Positions 12,806-25,700 of a stretch of 64,000 nt of DNA are shown here, one piece after another (within the stretch, counting starts at the first letter, position 1; every line of letters begins with the position of its first letter). The notes beneath the pieces are model-generated. The model did no database searches, was not told the DNA's origin, and saw only the letters and a list, made by a program, of their open reading frames with translations. Origin of the DNA: Macrostomum lignano. Taxonomy: Eukaryota. A program made the position numbers and the translations under genes. The stretch is taken from NCBI GenBank assembly GCA_002269645.1, contig NIVC01003279.1, positions 43,370 to 107,369 of the forward strand, in the 5' to 3' direction.

Positions 12806-14692
12806 CGAGATTTGAGAATATCTAAGAAAAGATTGTGGCCTGAAAGTCAGATTAGCGAGATTTGAGAATATCTAAGAAAAGATTTGACCTGAAAGTCAGA
12901 TTAGCGAGATTTGGGAATATCTAAGAAAAGATTTGACCTGAAAGTCAGATTAGCGAGATTTGAGAATATCTAAGAGAAGATTGTGGCCTGAAAGTCAGAT
13001 TAGCGAGATTTGAGAATATCTAAGAGAAGATTGTGACCTAAAGGTCAGATTAGCGAGATTTGAGAATATCTAAGAGAAGATTGTGACCTAAAGGTCAGAT
13101 TAGCGAGATTTGAGAATATCTAAGAGAAGATTGTGACCTGAAAGTCAGATTAGCGAGATTTGAGAATATCTAAGAGAAGATTGTGGCCTGAAAGTCAGAT
13201 TAGCGAGATTTGAGAATATCTAAGAGAAGATTGTGACCTAAAGGTCAGATTAGCGAGATTTGAGAATATCTAAGAGAAGATTGTGACCTGAAAGTCAGAT
13301 TAGCGAGATTTGAGAATATCTAAGAGAAGATTGTGGCCTGAAAGTCAGATTAGCGAGATTTGGGAATATCTAAGAAAAGATTTGACCTGAAAGTCAGATT
13401 AGCGAGATTTGAGAATATCTAAGAGAAGATTGTGGCCTGAAAGTCAGATTAGCGAGATTTGAGAATATCTAAGAGAAGATTGTGACCTAAAGGTCAGATT
13501 AGCGAGATTTGAGAATATCTAAGAGAAGATTGTGACCTAAAGGTCAGATTAGCGAGATTTGAGAATATCTAAGAGAAGATTGTGACCTAAAGGTCAGATT
13601 AGCGAGATTTGAGAATATCTAAGAGAAGATTGTGGCCTGAAAGTCAGATTAGCGAGATTTGGGAATATCTAAGAAAAGATTTGACCTGAAAGTCAGATTA
13701 GCGAGATTTGAGTATATCTAAGAGAAGATTGTGGCCTGAAAGTCAGATTAGCGAGATTTGAGAATATCTAAGAGAAGATTGTGGCCTGAAAGTCAGATTA
13801 GCGAGATTTGAGAATATCTAAGAGAAGATTGTGGCCTGAAAGTCAGATTAGCGAGATTTGAGAATATCTAAGAGAAGATTGTGGCCTGAAATTCAGATTA
13901 GCGAGATTTGAGAATATCTAAGAGAAGATTGTGACCTAAAGGTCAGATTAGCGAGATTTGAGAATATCTAAGAGAAGATTGTGGCCTGAAAGTCAGATTA
14001 GCGAGATTTGAGAATATCTAAGAGAAGATTGTGGCCTGAAAGTCAGATTAGCGAGATTTGAGAATATCTAAGAGAAGATTGTGACCTAAAGGTCAGATTA
14101 GCGAGATTTGAGAATATCTAAGAGAAGATTGTGACCTGAAAGTCAGATTAGCGAGATTTGGGAATATCTAAGAAAAGATTTGACCTGAAAGTCAGATTAG
14201 CGAGATTTGAGTATATCTAAGAGAAGATTGTGACCTGAAAGTCAGATTAGCGAGATTTGAGAATATCTAAGAGAAGATTGTGGCCTGAAAGTCAGATTTG
14301 CGAGATTTGAGAATATCTAAGAGAAGATTGTGGCCTGAAAGTCAGATTTGCGAGATTTGAGAATATCTAAGAGAAGATTGTGGCCTGAAAGTCAGATTTG
14401 CGAGATTTGAGAATATCTAAGAGAAGATTGTGACCTAAAGGTCAGATTAGCGAGATTTGAGAATATCTAAGAGAAGATTGTGACCTGAAAGTCAGATTAG
14501 CGAGATTTGAGAATATCTAAGAGAAGATTGTGGCCTGAAAGTCAGATTAGCGAGATTTGGGAATATCTAAGAAAAGATTTGACCTGAAAGTCAGATTAGC
14601 GAGATTTGAGAATATCTAAGAGAAGATTGTGACCTGTAAGTCAGATTTGCGAGATTTGGGAAAATCTAAGAGAAAATTGTGACCTGAAGGTC
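12806..14692. repeat. 49-50-bp minisatellite (gattagcgagatttgagaatatctaagagaagattgtggcctgaaagtca)
   Basis: About 37 tandem copies with recurring variants. Confidence 0.95.
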
Positions 14693-16194
14693 AGAGTGCA
14701 GCTGGCTGGCTACTCCCTCATCGTAGTGCACGAACACTCTGAGCCTTGGGGGCAGCCCCTCATAATCGGGAACAGCTTCAGCGCGCATATAATTGCCGAA
14801 TCAAGCCCAGGTCGGGGTGGCGTGAGTTACCGCCGAGCTCTGCCATCAGAGTTTGGCAATGAGCTTCAGCATAATCAGATTACAGCTAGCCTACTAGCGA
14901 GTAGCGAGAAAGGAATAGCGATTGATAAATATCTTATCCGAGCAGTGGGTCCAAAAGGTTGCTCAAAGATTGTCTACTGTAAATAGAACTTTGACCGTGT
15001 GTGAGCTGGGAGATGCGGAACACTTGGCTCTGCCAGCTCAATTGAAGCCAGAATTCCCTGCAGTACATTGGCAGCAACGGGTGGCGCTTTGCTACACCCA
15101 TCAGCTTCGCCGCAAGCCATGCCGTAAAGCACTCGATCGCAGACTGCGACCCCTGCGACCGGAAACTGGAGCGCTGAAATCCCCTCCCCCAAGCAGCATG
15201 GGAGCTGCGGATTTGCGCAGGAATCTAGCTGACCCGAGACGGCAGCTGGCCGAGGGAAAGCCGCAGCCGACAGCGAATCGCACTTGGCTCACTTTTTCCT
15301 TTACTGTTTTTTTTGTTTCCAGCCGTCCTCTCGATGGGGGCAACTGCGAAATTTTATATGTCATCTTGGCTACAGTATTCTGTCTTGGAAGATGATGGAT
15401 GACGATAAAGCGCATCGTTCAGCTTCTACTCCTTCGCCATTGCCTCGCCTGTGCTCTATCCAGATTCAGTTTAAAGCTGGTCAATACAATTAGGGAAAAT
15501 GATCTTTGATTCTTTGTTTTCTTAACTTTTTACACTGGATTGGTCACAGCTGGCAAAGTCGATAAAGCCCAGCGTTTGCGCCTTTCTTCATTGTAGGGGT
15601 GAAAAATCGCCAGACTTTACGAGTAAAACGACTTTTTTACACTGAAAATTCTAGATCTTTAACGACAATTTGTCAATAAACTCGGAAGATCAGATCGAAT
15701 TTAGTTGCTTATTAATGTGATCTGACAACTTTGACAGACAGTTTCTTGGCTGGTACAGGTACTGATCAAAGCCCTTAGATTCGATACAGTGTTTGGTATT
15801 CTCTAGCCGGTAGGATTAGAAACATTTCATCGAATGTTTTTCGAATCAAAATTGCCTGTAAATTCGGAAGCCGAAATCTTTCAGCCTTCAACTCACTGCG
15901 CAGATGCCTTCATCCGGCTCTTCTGCACCCGAGCATTCAAGTTTCCTTGCAGTCGTCGGGAAAAATCAAAAAGTTACATTTTGAAACCACATCCAGACTA
16001 AAGCTGCATTTTGCAAGTCTTAAAACCCATTAGATTTGTGAATCTTAATGGCTTTCCAGAGCATGTTGTAGCGATTGCGAACTGATTGTTGCAAATCAGG
16101 GATCAGGCTTCAAGCTTCCGGCTTCAGAGCGTTTTACCTTTCAGGTTCTGCGTCTCCCAACCCAACCCTCAAACCGATGCCTGAATTTCGGGCT

Positions 16195-18303
16195 TCAGTC
16201 CATCAGCCAGTCAGTCCAGTCAAACATCAACAGCAGTTCCAAGGCTGCCAAAGCCACTGCGGCTGTTGAAGCCCGGCCGACAATGCCAGCCGCGGCTGCC
16301 GACTCTCTCTGGCGGGCGGCCGGAGCTGCTCCTTCGGCACGCGGGTTCCTGCCAGCTCCTGACGCTGCCACGGAGCCTGCAGTAGCCGAGTCTGCAGGAC
16401 AGGTGTCCGCGGCTTCAAAGAGCCGACTGCAGGCAGCGAATGCGACGAGGAGTCGGGCTGAGCGGCCCAAGCAGCTGCTCCCGCCTGCGGCTGATGTCAG
16501 CTGGCAGTTCAGCACGGCCGCGGCAGATTCCGCTGAACATGTCGATGGCCCGTCCAACATCACCGTGACGTTAGCCGGGCCGCAGAAGGACGCTTCCTGC
16601 AGGCTGGAGTTGATTTTCATGGGCTTTGGCTACCCATTTCTCGAGTCGCATGAAATCAGTAGCATCATCAGTAGCATAACCATCAGTAGCATCATCATCA
16701 GTAGCATCATCAGTAGCAGCATCAGTAGCATCACCAGTAGCATTATCAGTAGCATCATCAGTAGCATCATCATCAGTAGCATCATCATCAGTAGCATCAC
16801 CAGTAGCATTATCAGTAGCATCATCAGTAGCATCATCATCAGTAGCATCATCATCAGTAGCATCATCATCAGTAGCATCATCATCAGTAGCATCATCAGT
16901 AGCATCATCAGTAGCATCATCAGTAGCATCACCAGTAGCATTATCAGTAGCATCATCAGTAGCATCATCATCAGTAGCATCATCATCAGTAGCATCATCA
17001 TCAGTAGCATCATCAGTAGCATCATCAGTAGCATCACCAGTAGCATTATCAGTAGCATCATCAGTAGCATCATCATCAGTAGCATCATCATCAGTAGCAT
17101 CATCAGTAGCATCATCAGTAGCATCATCAGTAGCATCATCATCAGTAGCATCATCATCAGTAGAATCATCAGTAGCATCATCAGTAGCATCACCAGTAGC
17201 ATTATCAGTAGCATTATCAGTAGCATCATCATCAGCAGCATCATCAGCAGCATCATCAAGTGATCTGACGACTCACCTGTCGGGCTGGCCCAGCTCGATC
17301 GGATTTCTTCGCAAATCGATCAGCTCGAGACGTCGGTTGCTTGACAAAGCCGACCCTCTGGCCACAGCTCGGATCCTGTGCAGCCGGTTCTGCTGAAGCT
17401 CCAGTCGCTGCAGAGCCACCACGGCAGTCAGCAGCCTGGACGGCAGCATTTTCAGCCGATTCGCCGAGAGGCGCAACTCGACGAGCTCAGTGCAATCGAT
17501 AAGCAACTCGTCAGGCAGGTGAGTCAGCCGATTGTCGGACAGGTCGAGGGTCTTCAGGCCTCGACAAGGTGTCAGGGACATCGGGCTGAGCATCTGAATG
17601 CCGCTGCCAGTGAGCTGAAGCTCAGATAGGCGGCCACCGGAGGCTACGAGGAGACCAGGACCCAAAGTGCCAATCTGAAGTGTGATTTGGTTGGCTTTAA
17701 AAATAATGTCTGACTCTCGGAGCATGTACCGGAGAGCTGTTCGAAGATTGTTTATTTATGTACTAGCTGTAGCTACAAGTGCAACTGCGGATTTAAATAG
17801 TTCGTCACAATAGCAGTCCACAACGAACTAATTACCTGTGAATCATGAATGCCGAGACTTCTCAAACTGGTGAGGCCCAGCATCTGCGTGGCTGACAGGC
17901 CCTCCGAGGAGCGCCAGCCCCGGATTCGCAGCCGCTGAAGCCGGCCGCAGGACCCGCCGCCCGGCGCCCGCCATAGGCCTGCAGCCGAGCCGAAGACAAA
18001 GCGGAGGTGCAATTGTCTGAGCGGCCTGACCCCAGCCAACTCAGCGCTGCAGTTCAGGCTAGCGGTCGCACCGACAGCTGACTCAGCTGATCTCGGCGGC
18101 AGGAAGATGTCGCATGACTTTTGCCATCGTTGCTGGATGCAGTGCTGCTGCAGATGCTGCTTTGGCAATAACTGTCTGTGCGCCTGCAAGAGTGCCGAGT
18201 CTTGAGTGGATCTGGGGCAAGGTAGTCTGGCTATGGCTAGAATCGGAGCAATGACGAGCAAAATGAGAATCCGGGATGTGCAGAACGTTGTAGCCTGCTC
18301 CAT
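16195..18303 (-). CDS. Secreted or membrane-anchored leucine-rich-repeat protein; exons approx 18303-17836, 17736-17277, 16603-16195
   Basis: N-terminal hydrophobic signal (RILILLVIAPILAIA), LRR units (LKTLDLSDNRL, LVELRLSANRL, LQRLELQQNRL, LELIDLRRNPI) and a hydrophobic C-terminus. Junction 2 is phase-consistent (AG|C); junction 1 as read is off by one base. Confidence 0.7.
16655..17258. repeat. 9/12-bp agtagcatc(atc) array in the LRR gene intron
   Basis: Direct tandem copies. Confidence 0.95.
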
Positions 18304-18554
18304 CTTCTTGCTGCTGGTTCTGTCAATAAGTACAATTTTTGCTGCTGCAAATTCATTAATCCGGCAGCGATAATGCGAGTATATATATGGCGATCACTTC
18401 CTCCTCGTAACAGTGGATTGTCCCGTATTAAATGGCAACTTTTATTGGGTGGAAGAAAAACTTCAGGTGCAGATGCAGCTGGGAAGATAGAGCAACACAT
18501 TTGCATTGGATGGAGAGGCAGACATGTGTGGCTTGACAATAGCTAAGCAGCATT

Positions 18555-19300
18555 TCAACCTGTCGTTAATTATGTTGTATAACTGCGCCCGGCAGCTCAA
18601 CCTCCTGGCCAGTAGCAATACTGTCAGGCTGAAGTGGATTCCAGGGCACGCAGGATTTCTGGGGAACGAGCTGGCAGACACCCTCGCCAAGAGGGGCGGC
18701 TCTGGCTCTTTCTTTGGCCCTGCCCCCTGGTCCCTATCCCTTCGACGGTCATCAATCGTCAGATCGATGACTGGACTGACTCCCTACACAGGGACAGATG
18801 AGCGGGCACCCAAAACTGCCGAAAATTTCTGCCGCAGTTCCGTGCCCCTCCCGCAGGCTCAAAAACGTCTTTCTGAACCAAAATCGGAAGGATATTTGAG
18901 CCCTCGTCATGACATATACCGGCCATGGCTACCTCGCCAGGCCCTGCTTCCTCTGAGGCGACCTCGAGAGCGAACTTTGTCCCTTTTTGCGGGTACGACA
19001 ATGAAGATGCTCAGCACTTTGTTTGTCACTGCCCTTTACCAGAGACCGGCTACGCTACCTCGGGCCAAACCCGTCCATTGACGAGGTCTGCTAGCTCGAC
19101 AACATCCCACGGCTCATCCAGTTCCTTCGGGCGACAAGACGAGCCACTTTCTTCCCCACGGAAGATCACGCTGCAGGACGGACCGGCGGACCACCCTGAC
19201 CAGCCCCACGCCTCTGCCTGTCTGCAGGCCTTCAGGGGCTAGCGGAATGGGCGACCCTAGCCCCCCCGCTGTGTCTACGGACCATCCTGCAGCTGAGTCA
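18555..19300 (+). mobile_element. 5'-truncated, degenerate non-LTR retrotransposon (RNase H-bearing, I/R1/LOA-like) 3' end
   Basis: RNase H C-terminal motif VRLKWIPGHAGFLGNELADTLAKRG, then TGHGYL and a CCHC-like knuckle CPFCGYDNEDAQHFVCHC across frameshifts and stops. Confidence 0.85.
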
Positions 19301-22300
19301 AAGTAGTGTAAGTTATGTACGAGTATATGTGGGTACTCGTGATTACTTGGCTTATGTCCGTTGCCTATCTGCGGAAATGAGGATTCGTTATAGATTTTCG
19401 AGTTGAACTGAAAAATGAAAACTGAAAATTGAGTTGAGCATTCACCCGATCGATTGCAATCACTATTCACGGTTCACATCTTAGTCACAGTTTTTCATGC
19501 ATTCTCTTAGTGAAGGGGCATCTCTGAAATATTGTGCCACTGCTTGAGCTGTTTTTGTGTCATTCCTGGCTGAAAATTTTTTTATTATCTAACAGCTAGA
19601 TTAAAAGTGCTACGAACAGCTTAAATGTACATTTGCATAAACTACGACGTGTACCGTCAACTTAAGTTGGTACAGCTATTTTTGGTTCGTACTGACGTTT
19701 ATTTTGTCCCTAAAGAGCGATTAGCTGAACAAAAATCAGGCTTCGGTTAAGCAAAAGTCGTGGCGAATACCAGGCAAAATATCGCCGCAATGTAACGATT
19801 GCGATACTCTAGTAAAAACGTAATTACACTTAGTACACGACGCGTCGTAACGACATAGCCATTTCCTGTGGGCGCTAGTGACAGTGCAGGTATTAGCAGT
19901 GGGCGCTATTAGCAGTGTGCTTCTGTTTTTTTCTCATTTTACACGAGAAAATTCGGAACGGGACGGACTGATCACGTTTCTGAGATTCAGAATTTCTCAG
20001 TCTTAGCATTGTTTATATTGTATTGACTACATATATTTGTGTTCCATGTACTAAGTAATTCTCTACTGGAGCTCATCATTATAGCATTGTGCAGGGACAA
20101 TTAGTAGGCTGCGTCCCAACAATATTATTGTGCTTGTAATGTACTCTTTAGTGTACGTACGTAAGTTATTTCTGGTTTAAGGTGTGAAAGCTGAAATGTG
20201 CTTGAAGTTGACAGAGAATAACCCTAAACTAGTCTTTCTGAAGACTTCTTTCCGGTTTTTGTACAAATTTTTCTTTTTTTCTATTTTTGCACTTTTAAAA
20301 TTAAATACTAAAAGCCAGCCGAGTTCCGTTTTTACTTGCAAATCGGTTGCATCAATGAGTACCACGGATTACTACACGTAGATTTAGGTCGTTTAAAATT
20401 CACTGACGGCGAATATTGGGCAGTTTCGTCGACAAATGAAGTTGCTGACAAAATAGAATTTGCTAAATAGCTGGTTAGCCGGCTTTACTATGGTGGTCTG
20501 TTGCAGCTAGCCATATTACTTGTACCATTCAGAAAATAAGAAACTAGAGACAGTGGGGTCGTACTATAAAGCTGTCGTGGCGTAAGCTCGATCGTACGTC
20601 GGAACTTTTACACTGAGGAGATAGGAGCAAAGAACGATCTTATCTTACGATGGCTAGTTATAGAACGGGCCCAGTATATCTAAAAAGCCTTTCATTTTTT
20701 TCTGCAATTTAATTACCATAGATAACCGAGTCCTCATAACTTCTTAAAAATTTGCATGATTACAAATTTGCTACGATATCTCTAATTTTCGCGTTGATTT
20801 TGTCCGTGTCGACCCTTTTAAAATCGTTATTTCTATGAAAAAACATGTCGAGTCAGCAAAACAGATTTAGCCATGGAATCAACAAAAGCAAGTACGATTT
20901 GTTGAGCATTAGCTCGTTTGAAAATGTCATGCCCCTTTTATAATTAGTGCCCTTTATTATTATTAATCATAACCTTTTTAACGTTGATCTTTTTATAGCC
21001 AGTGCATTAGTCTGATGCAACATATCACTGCTGACACAACAATTTCAGTAGGCCATATGGCATGCATAAAGTGTTATGTTTTAGAAAACTATAGTCTTAT
21101 TCAGTTCGGACAGAAGCATTAGTGGCTAAATTATATATCCTAATGAGAAATTCAGATTTCTTTAAAACTCGAAACTCTAATTTATGGATAAATTATCTTT
21201 AACATAGTTAAGTATTGATTTAAATTGATATACAATAATGTCACATTAGAATTAAGAAAGTAAGCCATTCAAGACACAAGATCTACAAAATTTTTATAAA
21301 AAATACTTTTTATTATATATTTAGTTAATGAATATTAGGACAGGTAAAATAGAATAATAATAAGGCCTAGGATATTATACTTTTAAGAATAAGATCAATT
21401 TATTTTTGTTGATTATATAATGATTCAAAGAAGGGTTCACAACAATTGACTGCCACAATTTGACTGAATTATCAAATCAAGCAATTTGATACAAATAAAA
21501 GGATTGGACAGAATGACTTTTCCAATTATATTATACTATAGCTAATATATAGAGATTTTGGCAAATAATATCCAGCATAAGATCAGCCTAATATTAGCTC
21601 AGTTTAGGGCAGTAGTGTAGTAGGGTATGGTCGAAATTGTCATATTTTAAATTGTCATATAATGATGACAACTTGGCCAATCTACAAGACTTTACCATTT
21701 GAATATGACCAATTTGTCAAATTTCTTGGAATTGAAATCAAGTTAAACAAAATAACATAGGACCCTAGAATAAATTAAAGCAAATTTTTATAATAGCTAA
21801 GAAATATAATCTTAAATAAAGTTTAAAAATATATTTGCTTCTAATTATAAAGGTATCAAACCATTACAATGCAATCTTTCTATCATTCATTCCTAGTTAA
21901 ACCCATAGAATACTGTGTAACTGTGCTAATATTAGCTTAGTATTCTTTGGTTAAACCTTGAAATTCAGCTAGACTATTAACTTCAATACAGGAATTAGTC
22001 CAAGGCTTTGTATCTTTTAAGTAGATAGTATGAATGTAATTTAAAGTTGAAAATCATTTTGTTATCAAACAAGAACATGTTGCCGCTATGAGAGCCAAGA
22101 TCCTTGTGCAAATAATGAAACATAATATGACAATTTAGTAAATCCAGCATTGTCTAAATGTAGAGACAATGACAATTTAGATAATTTAGTTGTTTTTTGT
22201 AACCCACATATGAAGATCTCGAATATGACAATTTTGGCCGGAGGTGTGAGTATGGCATTGGTGCTGACCAATTAAGGGACAAACAAATTTGATGACAGAG

Positions 22301-22796
22301 ATTCACCATGGACAAATTTAGTAAAAGCAAATTTGGCAACAATCTATTCTTAGTCAAATTAGGTAATAATAAAGAAAAAAACAATTGACAAATTATGTAT
22401 AATCTTATTTATTATTCTAAAAAAATTGGTGTTAGTAAATACACATTAAGTTTCTCTTCTAATTGAGCTTGTTTTATCTATTATTTATATTCTTATACTT
22501 TGCTTTCCACAGAAAACTATATTTTGAAGATCTTACCTAATCTCATATATTGAATCTAGGAAGATTATTATTCATTAGTATATGGATCTATTTTTATGTA
22601 AAGCCACTGTGACCTAGTTTTCTTTAATTATTAGTACTTTTAATTTCAAAGTAGAGAATCGAATGCCTGGCAGACCTTTCATTTTGAATAGAACAGAATG
22701 GGCATAAGTTACAGCTTAAAACTAACATCCAATTTTCAGGATCATGTGTGCCCATAACTGCTGCCCGCTGGCAGGCGGCTGCCCCACTGCACTGGC

Positions 22797-25700
22797 ATGA
22801 CACAGCGGTACCAGCAACTCAGCATGGCTGAGCACTCTCAGCACTCAGGGCGCGCATCTCGTGCCAACATGCTGCTAGAAGCCCTGCGCACCCTTGTGCT
22901 GATTCTAGTGTTCTACAGCTTCTCCATCACGCTGACCTTCTACAACAAGAAGTACATCACCCTGTACCCGTATCCCCTGTCCATCACCGTGCTGCACCTG
23001 TGCGTGAAATTCCTCCTGGCCTGGCTGATCCGCCAGGTCGTGGAGCAGCTGACCGGCTGCCACCGACTGGAACTGTGCTGGGCCGCCTACTGCCGCCGGG
23101 TGTCCCCGGCCGGCATTGCCAGCTCCTTGGACATCGGCCTGTCCAACTGGAGCTTCGAGTTTGTCACGGTGTCGCTGTACACCATGACCAAGTCTACTGC
23201 CGTGGTCTTCATCCTGCTGTTCGCTATCTACCTGCGGCTTGAGGAGAAGGTAAAAAGTTACAGGCTGGGTGTTTCTGGTGCCCTTTGAGCGATTGGTTTC
23301 ATGAAGCTGAGTCAGCAAGGAGGGTCAAGAAGGTGCTGAGAGTCAGGAGAAAAGAGTGCTGGGGAGAGTTACGTGTTATGATAAAGGGAGCTCCTCGGAT
23401 AATCAGTGGTAGAGTCAGTGGGGGAGAGTCAAAAAAGGTCTGGAGACAAGGGGTAGAGAGTCAGAGTTAGAGTCAGTCAAATACAGAGTCAGCCAGTCAG
23501 ATGTAGAGAGTCAGTGTTGTATATGCTCTAATTTAACTATTGCGTATACGACGCACGTTATTTTTCATTTGTGTTATGCATTACAGTGCTCATGTCTTAT
23601 GTGCTTGACTTGAGTGCCCTTAATGAGCCGCGACTAAAATAGAAAGAAAGAACAAGTTGCGGCTGCAGGAAAAAATATAAAGTACGCTGGTAACTCGCTT
23701 CAATTAAACATCACGGACTTCGACTTTAATGTCGTTGATTTAGAAGAGTCTATCGAGACTGGAATTATTGTCTTACAAAAAGCAGAAAACATAACAGTCA
23801 GTCAGTCAGGTGTAGAGAGTCAGCCAGTCAGGTGTAGAGAGTCAGTCAGTCAAATGCAGAGTCAGTCAGTCAAATGCAGAGTCAGTCAGTCAAATGCAGA
23901 GTCAGCCAGTCAGATGTAAAGAGTCAGTCAGTCAAATGCAGAGTCAGTCAGTCAAATGCAGAGTCAGCCAATCAGATGTAGAGAGTCAGTCAGTCAGATG
24001 CAGAGTCAGTCGGTCAGATGTAGCGTCAGCCAGTCAGGTGTAGAGAGTCAGCCAGTCAGGTGCAGAGAGTCAGCCAATCAGAGTCAGAAATAGAGAGAGG
24101 TAGAATCAGTGGTAGAGTCTGAGAGCCAGGAATGCCACCTGAGATGCGGTCGCCCCTCCCTCAGCGCTGGAGCCTTGTGCTGGTGATCCTGCTGATCGCG
24201 GTGGGGCTGTTCCTGTTCACCTACAAGAGCACGCAGTTCCACACCGGCGGCTTCCTGCTTGTGCTGTCCGCCTCGTTCGTGTCGGGGATTCGCTGGACCA
24301 CCGCCCAGGTGGTGACGCAGCGGGCGGAGCTCGGGCTGGCGAACCCGGTGGACATGATCTACCATGTGCAGCCCTGGATGGTGCTGGTGCTGCTGCCTCT
24401 GTCCGTGGCATTCGAGGGCACGGAGATCGCCACCACGGCCAATCTGTTCCGGGCCTCCAGCGCCACGGCCGCCTTTGGCACGGTGCGGATCCTTCTGGTT
24501 GGCGCCTTTCTCGCATTCGGCCTGGAATGCTCCGAGTACCTGCTGCTGAGCCGCACCAGCTCCCTCACCTTCTCACCTTGTCCGTGTCTGGCATCTTCAA
24601 GGAGGTCTGCACCATCGTCCTGGCGGCCGGCATCAACGATGACGTCATCAACCCGGTAAACTGGGCCGGCATGGCCCTGTGCCTGTCGGGCATCGGCCTG
24701 CACTGCGGCCTCAAGGCTGCGGCGTCCTCCGCCGACGCCAGTGAGTGCCTCAGACTGTAACTGGAGTTGCAGCTGATGCTGGCTGTCTCTTCCCCATCCC
24801 TGCAGACTTGCCTCAGACTGTAACTGGAGTTGCAGCTGATGCTGACTGTCTCTTCCCCATCCCTGCAGACTTGCCTCAGACTGTAACTGGAGTTGCAGCC
24901 AATGCTGACTGTCTCTTCCCCATCCCTGCAGACTTGCCTCAGACTGTAACTGGAGTTGCAGCCAATGCTGACTGTCTCTTCCCCATCCCTGCAGACTTGC
25001 CTCAGACTGTAACTGGAGTTGCAACCAATGCTGACTGTCTCTTCCCAATCTCTGAAGACTCGAACTGTCTATTGTTGATGGAAAGAGCTCAGCAAGGCTC
25101 AAAGAATTCAGTCCACGCAGCAGTAGATTATCTTGACTGTGCTCTTGAAGTTTGCTGTGATTGAACGTTGCTCCGTTAGGGAAACCGCGCTCCGTAATGT
25201 ACATGTAAGACTGGGGTGCGGTTTGCAGAACTCCATTGAGTCAGCTGTAACTTTGCCACCCCAACTGCTTGTCACTGATTGATCAGATCTGCCTGTCTTT
25301 TATCGCGGCTTCCTCGCTGCAGTTCCTGTCTGTATCCGTGGTGTTGGCATAGAGTCTTAACGAATTCCATTGCTTTCTAGGAGCTTACTACTGACTCAGT
25401 GCAGTCAGTAGTCAGCAAGGTGTTTCTGCTGTAAAATATTGATGCAAATCGTTCTCGCCCGTTTCAGGCTAAACGGCGACAGGTAATGTTTATGCCTCTG
25501 AGGCATTTGTGTCTGATTTTATTTTTCTAACCTCATTATATTTGATTTGGATCAATGATTTTCGCCTGATAGAGCTGATTTAATTAGTCTTTCTAAGATT
25601 TTTTTGAGTTAGGCAGGAGTTGGGGTATAAGAAAGCAACTGTAGCTTTGAGAATAAAAGTGTGCAAAGTCTAGTGTCCGATTACAGATAAGAAAAAATGG

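Noticed and set aside
11024-14692. CRISPR-like appearance of the 40- and 50-bp arrays
   Set aside because: There are no unique spacers and no cas genes, and the context is eukaryotic; these are plain head-to-tail repeats.
14696-15400. ORFs with GRGGV, suggesting a LINE endonuclease
   Set aside because: No other APE motifs are recognisable, so the evidence is too weak.
16283-17263. Poly-Ile/Ser and poly-Met/Leu ORFs
   Set aside because: They come from the agtagcatc array inside the LRR intron.
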